IMG/VR virus record: IMGVR_UViG_2778261176_000001
Length of the DNA: 8,787 nt
Direction: 5' to 3' (one strand)
Source of the DNA: a virus
Taxonomy: Duplodnaviria > Heunggongvirae > Uroviricota > Caudoviricetes
Below the pieces are notes generated by a model. It ran no database searches, was not told the origin of the DNA, and saw only the letters and a list, made by a program, of their open reading frames with translations. Position 1 is the stretch's first letter, and each line of letters starts with the position of its first letter. Positions 1-6,061 of this stretch are shown here, one piece after another. Made by a program: the position numbers and the translations under genes.

Positions 1-68
1 TCTGAGGTGAGCATATCACCTCTGTTCAGGTGGCCAAATTCAGTGTGCCACTTCATTACGAGTTCCAT
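1..68 (-). CDS. Hypothetical phage protein, 5' end only (continues past window start)
   Basis: Minus-strand ATG at 66-68 preceded by AGGAG with 5-nt spacing; reads MELVMKWHTEFGHLNRGDMLTS... in frame to position 1 with no stop. Lies just downstream of the terminator-like hairpin at 78-102. Too short for the ORF track. Confidence 0.35.
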   Translation of the reverse strand, partial: MELVMKWHTEFGHLNRGDMLTS

Positions 69-77
69 ATACACTCC

Positions 78-102
78 TGCAATAAAGGGGCCGAAGCCCC
101 TT
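78..102 (-). terminator. Intrinsic terminator/attenuator hairpin after the 111-aa gene
   Basis: Minus-strand RNA: AAGGGGC-UUCG-GCCCCUU (7-bp stem, UUCG loop) followed by UAUUG. Sits between the stop at 119 and the next RBS. Confidence 0.5.
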
Positions 103-118
103 GTCGGATTCGCGAGGC

Positions 119-454
119 TTACACGCCCAGTTCTTTACGCTTATCTGCGATCTTCTCGCGGAGCGTTTCGGCTTTAGCGTTATGGTGTGGCTTCTCGTTA
201 AAGAGCAATTCGTACTCTTCACGGAGCTTATCCAGTTCACCATCATCTGACACATCATTGATGATTTTGGTGCTGGTTGCTGCCATTGACACCTTTCCTG
301 CAACTTTTGCTTTTGCCTGTCTGGCTGCATCGTTAACAGGTTCCAGTGCGCTACCAGGCTCACCTTCGTATTCGATTTCTGCCCCCTCCGGCCACAGAGT
401 GTTATGGATATGAGAGAGGCGCAGAACGCGGTATCTTGGTTTCTCACCTGACAT
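119..454 (-). CDS. Hypothetical phage head-associated protein (about 111 aa)
   Basis: ORF-track ORF 119..463 starts at GTG with no SD. The internal ATG at 452-454 is preceded by AAGGTGA with 5-nt spacing, immediately after the TAA stop of the upstream gene, so I take it as the start (MSGEKPRYRVL...). Charged C-terminal half. Function unknown. Confidence 0.55.
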   Translation of the reverse strand: MSGEKPRYRVLRLSHIHNTLWPEGAEIEYEGEPGSALEPVNDAARQAKAKVAGKVSMAATSTKIINDVSDDGELDKLREEYELLFNEKPHHNAKAETLREKIADKRKELGV

Positions 455-464
455 CGATATCACC

Positions 465-902
465 TTAACCAGTTACTTTTGAGCGGATCGGATACGGCGT
501 ATTGGCATCAACATCAAGGCTGATACCAGCAGAGAATTCGCCAGCCGTTAGTGGGCCAGTTGCGACGGAGTAGTTAACACGCAGATATCGCTGAACACCG
601 GCAGGCACCTTTGCAGAAACAACTCGTTTACCTGCTGTCAGGGCGGTCTTTGCCAGTGCGCCACTATCATAAATAGTGGTCCATGAGCTGTTATTCTCAC
701 TCGTCTGCAACTGGATGTTTACAGTTGCATCACCGCTTGCCGCGGCGGCTGTGTTAACCAGCGCCCAAAACTCAAGCGGGTAACCCACGCCGATATCACG
801 ACGTTTTCCGTCAATTGGACCGAGATCGATTACGTCAGTAGAAGCCGCGGTATTCGTAACCGCCTGAGCTTCGGAGAACATCAACAGTTTGTCGGTGATC
901 AT
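465..902 (-). CDS. Hypothetical phage structural protein (145 aa), possible head decoration or accessory protein
   Basis: ATG start with GGAG SD at 7-nt spacing; Thr/Ser/Ala/Gly/Val-rich composition; directly downstream of the capsid gene. Functional call is by position only. Confidence 0.6.
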   Translation of the reverse strand: MITDKLLMFSEAQAVTNTAASTDVIDLGPIDGKRRDIGVGYPLEFWALVNTAAAASGDATVNIQLQTSENNSSWTTIYDSGALAKTALTAGKRVVSAKVPAGVQRYLRVNYSVATGPLTAGEFSAGISLDVDANTPYPIRSKVTG

Positions 903-917
903 CTTCTTTCTCCATTA

Positions 918-937
918 GTGGGTCTGTTACGACCCAC
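918..937 (-). promoter_or_regulatory. Intergenic stem-loop after the capsid gene
   Basis: GTGGGTC-N6-GACCCAC, perfect 7-bp stem, in the 51-nt gap between the capsid stop (954) and the next gene's RBS. No U-tract, so more likely an RNA-stability or processing element than a strong terminator. Confidence 0.4.
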
Positions 938-953
938 AGGTTAATAACAGGCG

Positions 954-1946
954 TTACACCACGCGGGCTTCTGTTTCCAGAAGCGCATCAGTTTCACGGA
1001 TTGGTACACCACGGAATGAAGTCCACCACTCGCCTTCTGTCTCTTTTACGCTGATCGCCAGAGATGTTTTCTCCAGAGATTGCAGATCAAGAGCCTGGCC
1101 TACAGTGCGGTTCATGTAGAACACCGGGCGACCCATGCCACGGTTTGGAATTCGATGCAGTGCTTTAACCATCAACTTCGCAATATTTGCGGCAGAGGAA
1201 GGTTCTGAAAGATTGCTGACATCGATGTTTGCAATGCGAACAACATAACGCCAGTCACGCAGAGCAAGTCCGTTGTCCCATTTGTAATGGGTACGGTAGC
1301 CTTCGTACTTGCCGCCATTAGCATCTTCCAGTGTCACCTGGCCTTTATCTTCCATCTGGATGCCAGCCTTCTGCCCTTTCGGGAAGATGCCATGCACGGT
1401 GTTTTCGCCCCACACCACTAACCAGATTGAGGTGTTATCTGTCCCCGTGCCACCAGCATCAATGATGTTCTGAGCATTACCCGCAGACAGGCTGGAATAG
1501 CGGGAGGACAGTCCCATAAACTGCTGAGGGTTAACGCTGGAATCACCATAAAACAGCGTCTGCGCCATCTGCTGATTCATCGCTTCAATAAATGCGCGGT
1601 CTTCAGACAGGCGGAATTCGGCGGTATTGCCGTTCAGATCAGCCAGTGACTTATCGACTTCAGCATAGGTTTCCAGCATGCCCACGGAATCGGTTACCTG
1701 CACTGTGGTTGATTTGCTTGGCTGTACGCCATAGTTCAGCAAACGCCAGGTAGCTGAAGGTAAACCAGAACGAATGGTGGTGCGGTGTCCGGTTGGAAGG
1801 TTGCCTTCGACAAAAGGCATATCCTGAAGGATCGGGTTAGTTTGACCGAGAAGCTCGATAATCTTATCGACTTTCCCGTTTGGATCGACGCGCTTACCCC
1901 AGTCAGCCAGCGTTAGCGCAGTTAAGCCTTTAACAGACATTGTCAT
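954..1946 (-). CDS. Putative major capsid protein (330 aa)
   Basis: ATG start 8 nt after the scaffold stop with GAGAGGAA upstream (the true start may be the second ATG at 1938-1940). Size and position immediately after the scaffold gene in a portal-scaffold-capsid order. Not confirmed by homology; no similarity to T7 gp10, P22 coat or lambda E that I could recognise by eye. Confidence 0.6.
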   Translation of the reverse strand: MTMSVKGLTALTLADWGKRVDPNGKVDKIIELLGQTNPILQDMPFVEGNLPTGHRTTIRSGLPSATWRLLNYGVQPSKSTTVQVTDSVGMLETYAEVDKSLADLNGNTAEFRLSEDRAFIEAMNQQMAQTLFYGDSSVNPQQFMGLSSRYSSLSAGNAQNIIDAGGTGTDNTSIWLVVWGENTVHGIFPKGQKAGIQMEDKGQVTLEDANGGKYEGYRTHYKWDNGLALRDWRYVVRIANIDVSNLSEPSSAANIAKLMVKALHRIPNRGMGRPVFYMNRTVGQALDLQSLEKTSLAISVKETEGEWWTSFRGVPIRETDALLETEARVV

Positions 1947-1954
1947 TTCCTCTC

Positions 1955-2650
1955 TTATTTGCCATAGAGCACTTCGGCCGCACTACGCTGGCCTTCATTA
2001 CCACCGGTGACCATGCCATCTTCAGACATCGCCTTTCCGATTTTCACGAACGTTTTGACCAGATCAGGGTGATTACCCAGCCCGGTGGTGTTCAGATATT
2101 CTTTGAGTTCAGGTGTCCCGAACTGGTCAAGCGCACGCTGTGCGGCGCTAAGGTTAGAAATCAACTTGTCGCCACCGATTTCTTTGTCAGCTTTTACATC
2201 CGCAGCCCACTGCTCGGTTGTTTTCTGCCAGGCTTCTGTCTGGCGCTGCTGAACACCTGCCAGAATCTTCGGATAAGCATCAACCAGCTTTTGCGCTTGC
2301 TCGTTGGTCAGGTTAAGTTCTCGCGCCACCGGCTCGAATTCCTTCAACGCTTCTGTATCCAGCTCTACGCCTTCGGCAGCCTGAAACTCGTACTTCTCAG
2401 GCGCACCCTCTGGTTTATCGCCGTCCTTTTTTTCATCCTGCTTATCGTTTTCAGGCTTTTTGTCATCAGCAGGTTTATCGCCATCAGCAACAGGTTGTGG
2501 CTTATCACCTTCCTGTTGTGATGGATCACCAACTGGAGCAGGGTTATCACCTGCAGGCGCTGACGGTTCTGACGCAGCCGGAGCTGCTCCACCATCGACT
2601 GGTTGCTCATTGCAAAGACGGCTATACAGCAAACGCTCAAATAAATTCAT
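1955..2650 (-). CDS. Putative scaffolding protein (about 231 aa)
   Basis: ORF-track start is GTG at 2656; ATG at 2648-2650 is preceded by AGGAG at 5-nt spacing. N-terminal half is acidic, Pro/Ala-rich and low-complexity with repeated GDKP units, C-terminal half is helical-looking; located between portal and capsid. Confidence 0.6.
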   Translation of the reverse strand: MNLFERLLYSRLCNEQPVDGGAAPAASEPSAPAGDNPAPVGDPSQQEGDKPQPVADGDKPADDKKPENDKQDEKKDGDKPEGAPEKYEFQAAEGVELDTEALKEFEPVARELNLTNEQAQKLVDAYPKILAGVQQRQTEAWQKTTEQWAADVKADKEIGGDKLISNLSAAQRALDQFGTPELKEYLNTTGLGNHPDLVKTFVKIGKAMSEDGMVTGGNEGQRSAAEVLYGK

Positions 2651-2652
2651 GA

Positions 2653-2949
2653 TCACTCCTGTTCACTGGCCTCTTTGGCCATCTTCAAATACTGTTCAGG
2701 GCAATGCGCCATAACGCGCTGAAACAGTTCCAGCGCCAGATTGCGTTGCCCCTCATTAAATGCCATTGCCATAGCGTCCATCGGTGAGATAGCGGAAAAC
2801 ACACGGCCTTTCTCCAGCACCGACCAGACAACGCGACGCCCCTGTTCACTGCTCATGACAAAGCGAATGTCATCAATTTCACGCTGTGCCATGTCACGTT
2901 GCTTACGGGCGTTTTCTTCTTTCAGTTGATCGTCTTCGTAATCTGTCAT
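2653..2949 (-). CDS. Hypothetical small phage protein (98 aa) between portal and scaffold
   Basis: ATG start overlaps the portal stop (ATGA), suggesting translational coupling; stop lies within the SD region of the scaffold gene. Charged, helical-looking. Function unknown. Confidence 0.55.
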   Translation of the reverse strand: MTDYEDDQLKEENARKQRDMAQREIDDIRFVMSSEQGRRVVWSVLEKGRVFSAISPMDAMAMAFNEGQRNLALELFQRVMAHCPEQYLKMAKEASEQE

Positions 2950-4625
2950 TGTGATTGCCCACCCTGACCACTAACTGCATTAGCCATAGCTGACAAAACA
3001 CTCGGATCCGAAGTTTTAGCTTCGCTTAGCGTCTTGGCACCCTGTGCCGCCGCCATCCCCATCGCCATCATTTGTTGCTGCTGTTGTTGCTGTGCCCGTT
3101 GCTGGCGAGCCTGCTCAACCTGTTCCTGCGGAACAATGACGGTTGGAGACACTCCGGACATATCAGCGAATGCATCGATCGCCTGATCAACGTTGAGTTT
3201 GTCGAGAGCTTCTGGTTTCGCTTGCGCAAGTTGACCAATGAAGTTAACCGTGGACGCCAGACTGGACAGGCCGATAGACTTCTGCGCCTGAGCCATGACG
3301 GAAATGTATTCGACCTTCAGGGGCATACCTTCCATCGCGTCAGGCGGTGGCGGCAGCATGTTTTTACGCACCATCATCGAGAAAGCGCGGTCAATGAGAG
3401 GGTTAAGACATTCGTCGTTCAGACGCTCCAGAACCGGCCCCAACATCAGAAGTTTTTCTTCTTTCATTTCGATCACCGCTTCAACAGGCATCGAGCGGGT
3501 ATTGATGTTCTGCAACATCATGAACAGATCGACAAAGTAGGCGCTGTTAATGATTTGACGAGTGTCCTGAATGTCTGCTACCAGATCTGCTGTACTGGGG
3601 TTAACCAGATAAGCAGGCCTGAAACCATCCTGACCAGTAATCTGATCGATATACGTGATGTCGCCAGGAAGAAGGGAGGCGCGCTGATTCTTGAGGGAAG
3701 TCGGAGCAACCATCGGCGGATTGGTGGCTTTATCAATCAACTGCGACTTGCGCTTCTGGAGAAGCTGCAATGCCTTAACAGGTCCAAGCGCCAGCATACC
3801 CGGGCATGATGATCCATAAACATCTTCGCCATTAACTTCCCAGCGCGGAGCCATAATTGGAAACTCATCAAATCCGGACTCACGCAACAACTTGTCGTTA
3901 TCGCCACCAACCTCGTAATAAACCGATTTGAATGGCTTGTTCTTGCTATCCAGCTTCGATGTATCGCGGTCAATGTTCGGGTAAACCGAATGCATCACGT
4001 CAATCCACTTCTCGTAGGTGCCGCTTTCCCACATGCTTTTTACGGATTCGCTGACGTTATTTAGCCCGAACTCCTGAACAAGCTGACGAACAGTCATAGA
4101 GAACTTGCGAAAACAGGTGTCCACACTGCCACGAGGTGAGTTAGCCAGGTAGTAACTGCCTATCGGGAATGGCATTGTGCGAATGATGTCCTCGTCATCC
4201 TCCAGCACCGCCATTGCACCAGTGCTGTATGTGCCGAGGCTTCCGTATAACTGCGGAAGAGACTGGTAGAGATTCGACTTATTGAACATATCGTTCATGC
4301 GGTTCTGCACCGCCTCGAGCCACAACTTAACAGGACCATAATCCATCATTTCAGGATCTGGCGTAGCCAGGCGAAACCACGGACGCGCAGGGCTTGTGAT
4401 GCCTGACATCATGCCGCTGGCGAGAGTGCGCGCCGCCATAGTCCCGGTCGAATCAATAATGCGTGTATTGCGTCGATCGTTACGGTTGACCTCAGAAGTC
4501 AGAAAGCGGGAACCACGCGGGTTGATGTAATCACTCAACTCGCGCCAGTGCGGCTCGAACGACTGACGCTCGCTTTCAAGTTGTGCGAACTGTTTGTTCA
4601 ATCGCTCTTTAGTTGTTTCCGCCAT
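2946..4625 (-). CDS. Portal protein (T7 gp8-like head-to-tail connector family)
   Basis: 559-aa ORF with ATG start and GGAG SD. The N-terminal pattern and the Gln/Ala/Met-rich C-terminal tail (QQRAQQQQQQQMMAMGMAAAQGA...) resemble T7 gp8 as recalled from memory, not from an alignment. Confidence 0.85.
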   Translation of the reverse strand: MAETTKERLNKQFAQLESERQSFEPHWRELSDYINPRGSRFLTSEVNRNDRRNTRIIDSTGTMAARTLASGMMSGITSPARPWFRLATPDPEMMDYGPVKLWLEAVQNRMNDMFNKSNLYQSLPQLYGSLGTYSTGAMAVLEDDEDIIRTMPFPIGSYYLANSPRGSVDTCFRKFSMTVRQLVQEFGLNNVSESVKSMWESGTYEKWIDVMHSVYPNIDRDTSKLDSKNKPFKSVYYEVGGDNDKLLRESGFDEFPIMAPRWEVNGEDVYGSSCPGMLALGPVKALQLLQKRKSQLIDKATNPPMVAPTSLKNQRASLLPGDITYIDQITGQDGFRPAYLVNPSTADLVADIQDTRQIINSAYFVDLFMMLQNINTRSMPVEAVIEMKEEKLLMLGPVLERLNDECLNPLIDRAFSMMVRKNMLPPPPDAMEGMPLKVEYISVMAQAQKSIGLSSLASTVNFIGQLAQAKPEALDKLNVDQAIDAFADMSGVSPTVIVPQEQVEQARQQRAQQQQQQQMMAMGMAAAQGAKTLSEAKTSDPSVLSAMANAVSGQGGQSQ

Positions 4626-4639
4626 TTCAATGACTCCGG

Positions 4640-4846
4640 TTACTGACCAAGCAGCGTTTTACCGCTGGTATTAGCGGTTGATGTGTCGCCCTGAGAACCG
4701 GTAAGCAGCGTAGAACTACGACCAGCAGCAGCGCGACGGCGACGTGTTTCTTCGTCGCGGGCATCAACAACGGCGGCATCCTGCTCCTGTGGTGCTGCCT
4801 GAACTTCTGGTGTTGCAGGCACTGATGGTGAGCTACCCATGCACAT
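4640..4846 (-). CDS. Hypothetical small protein (68 aa), low-complexity Ala/Thr/Ser/Gln-rich with an Arg cluster
   Basis: ATG start preceded by CGGAGTCATTGAT, a near-identical copy of the portal's translation-initiation region (CGGAGTCATTGAA); TAA stop abuts the portal SD. GC-rich like the structural genes. Could be a head-completion protein; real but unproven. Confidence 0.4.
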   Translation of the reverse strand: MCMGSSPSVPATPEVQAAPQEQDAAVVDARDEETRRRRAAAGRSSTLLTGSQGDTSTANTSGKTLLGQ

Positions 4847-4869
4847 ATCAATGACTCCGTACGCAATTA

Positions 4870-4941
4870 AATTATTACCAATTTAACCACATATGATTTA
4901 TTTATCGTAGAAGGTTGACATTTAACGCGTGAATTATTACC
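4870..4941. repeat. 10-bp direct repeat AATTATTACC (4870-4879 and 4932-4941) flanking a TTGACA hexamer (4915-4920)
   Basis: Exact 10-mer twice within an AT-rich intergenic stretch; TTGACA matches the sigma70 -35 consensus but I found no convincing -10 at 15-19 bp spacing on the plus strand. Candidate promoter/operator region. Confidence 0.35.
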
Positions 4942-5273
4942 TTTCAGGTAACTAAAGAGCTCATTCTGGTTACTAACCTGACTGGCTTGTCGTTAAATTA
5001 AACAGGTGGAGTGAGCTTTTATTTTGAGCAGTACGGCGTATGGCACATGCGCCGATAGCGGTCTGGATACGTTTAAGGGGCACCCTCCCTTGCTCGGGCA
5101 AACGAACCAGGTAGCCAGAATGTGCAAGTCGAGCGGTTTTATTCCGCGCACGGGGATTCACCATCCCGGCGATTCGGTGTGACGCCTCGGAAGAGACGAG
5201 GGTACAACGATGAGAGCATTTATGGAGCCGCGACAAAGTGTGGCGCCTTAACAGGCTAAGTGCTCTCAGCGTT

Positions 5274-5350
5274 GTGGCATTAGCTCAGTCGGACAGAGCA
5301 ACCGCCTTCTAAGCGGTTGGTCGCAGGTTCGAATCCTGCATGCCACGCCA
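5274..5350 (+). tRNA. tRNA-Arg (anticodon UCU)
   Basis: Hand-folded cloverleaf: acceptor GTGGCAT/ATGCCAC, D-stem GCTC/GAGC, anticodon stem ACCGC/GCGGT with loop CTTCTAA (anticodon TCT), 5-nt variable loop, T-arm GCAGG-TTCGAAT-CCTGC, discriminator G, encoded CCA. All stems are Watson-Crick. Confidence 0.9.
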
Positions 5351-5393
5351 GAATCACGCCTAAGGACCGTGATGCCAGAAGTTCCAGGGGCTT

Positions 5394-5438
5394 GGCGGTG
5401 ATGGTTTCCCTTGAAGGACTATCACCGCCCTTTTTACA
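5394..5438 (+). terminator. Intrinsic terminator downstream of the tRNA
   Basis: GGCGGTGAT ... ATCACCGCC (9-bp stem, 18-nt loop with internal TCC/GGA pairing) followed by CTTTTTACA. Confidence 0.6.
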
Positions 5439-5513
5439 GCAGGACGCCATTGCGATGACTTCATGCTGTAAACCCGTACAGCCACGGAAGGCATAACTCA
5501 TTGCTTCCAGTTC

Positions 5514-5537
5514 GCCCGGTTCGCCGGGCATTTTTTT
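5514..5537 (+). terminator. Terminator/attenuator hairpin immediately upstream of the 140-aa ORF's SD
   Basis: GCCCGG-TTCG-CCGGGC (6-bp GC stem, UUCG tetraloop) followed by ATTTTTTT; the U-tract runs directly into the SD AAGGTGAG of the ORF starting at 5549. Confidence 0.5.
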
Positions 5538-5548
5538 AAGGTGAGATT

Positions 5549-5971
5549 ATGAAGACAATTGATATGTTGGCTAAGTATCTAAATGAATGGCCATTAAAAT
5601 ATTCTCGTATCGTTCAGGCTGAAGACTGCATTTTTTATGGCGTTTTTGCTGGTAATGAAATGCATTACGAAGTAATTCAGAGTGAGGGACTGACCGGGTT
5701 AACTCTTAGCGAAGACCATGGTACTAGCGTTACGTTCCATGACTGGATAACAGCACAACGTTCTGAAATGGAAAAAGGCGATGTGTTTGATATTTCTCGC
5801 TCTGTTTGCGCTAAAGCAAAAAGTGATAATGATTACATGAGCGAACACTTATACAACATGAAGCTACAGTGCCTTGCCGAGGTGCTTGGTAAAAAAGCTA
5901 TTGTCGATAAACAAGGCGCCATTAGCGAAGCAAAGGCAATAAATGCTGCATTTGATGAAATTATTTTCTAG
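5549..5971 (+). CDS. Orphan hypothetical protein (140 aa), AT-rich accessory gene on the opposite strand
   Basis: ATG start with AAGGTGAG SD; followed by its own terminator. Visibly lower GC than the flanking structural genes; no signal peptide or transmembrane segment by eye; no motif I recognise; no AGA/AGG codons. Confidence 0.7.
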   Translation: MKTIDMLAKYLNEWPLKYSRIVQAEDCIFYGVFAGNEMHYEVIQSEGLTGLTLSEDHGTSVTFHDWITAQRSEMEKGDVFDISRSVCAKAKSDNDYMSEHLYNMKLQCLAEVLGKKAIVDKQGAISEAKAINAAFDEIIF

Positions 5972-5975
5972 CTCT

Positions 5976-5989
5976 GTGACATGTCACAA
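5976..5989. repeat. Perfect palindrome TGTGACATGTCACA (core GTGACATGTCAC), copy 1
   Basis: 14-bp perfect palindrome 5 nt after the stop of the 140-aa ORF and just before its terminator; the 12-bp core recurs exactly at 8427-8438. Confidence 0.8.
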
Positions 5990-5991
5990 AC

Positions 5992-6020
5992 AGCCAGCCG
6001 ATGAGCTGGCTTTGTTTTAT
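5992..6020 (+). terminator. Intrinsic terminator of the 140-aa ORF (possibly bidirectional, shared with convergent terL)
   Basis: AGCCAGC-CGATGA-GCTGGCT (7-bp stem) followed by TTGTTTTAT on the plus strand; on the minus strand the same hairpin is followed by UGUUUGUG (weaker). A second hairpin ATCCTC-ATCA-GAGGAT lies at about 6021-6036. Confidence 0.6.
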
Positions 6021-6061
6021 CCTCATCAGAGGATATCAACGACATTATCCCCACCAGCGGA

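Noticed and set aside
30-447. Plus-strand 127-aa ORF and minus-strand 135-aa ORF overlapping the 111-aa gene
   Set aside because: Alternative frames of the same region; only the 119..454 frame has an SD and fits the operon's gene-junction pattern.
1940-2714. ORFs 1940..2521 (+), 2365..2640 (-) and 2460..2714 (+) overlapping the scaffold gene
   Set aside because: Shadow frames within the scaffold gene; low-complexity translations, no initiation signals.
3072-3809. Plus-strand ORFs (245 aa and others at 3295-3540, 3737-3973) inside the portal gene
   Set aside because: Antisense or alternative-frame ORFs embedded in a long, well-supported portal ORF; no SD; typical shadow ORFs of GC-rich coding DNA.
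4627-4866. 79-aa minus-strand ORF in an alternative frame to the 68-aa ORF
   Set aside because: Starts at TTG without SD; the overlapping 68-aa frame has ATG plus a GGAG SD identical to the portal's.
5113-5136. Resemblance of GCCAGAATGTGCAAGTCGAGCGG to the 5' region of 16S rRNA
   Set aside because: Short, imperfect match with no flanking rRNA sequence; most likely coincidental.
4973-5236. Minus-strand 87-aa ORF in the region upstream of the tRNA
   Set aside because: No SD, unusual composition, lies in a region better explained as leader or regulatory DNA; retained only as a weak possibility.
5274-5350. tRNA as a prophage attachment site (attL/attR) or integration boundary
   Set aside because: The tRNA is complete, lies in the middle of the morphogenesis module, and no integrase or duplicated tRNA 3' fragment is present in the window.
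5280-5531. Minus-strand 83-aa ORF overlapping the tRNA and both terminators
   Set aside because: Overlaps a canonical tRNA on the opposite strand and spans two terminator hairpins; no SD.
5976-5989. CRP-binding site interpretation of TGTGACATGTCACA
   Set aside because: CRP sites are TGTGA-N6-TCACA; here the half-sites are separated by 4 bp, so the geometry does not fit.
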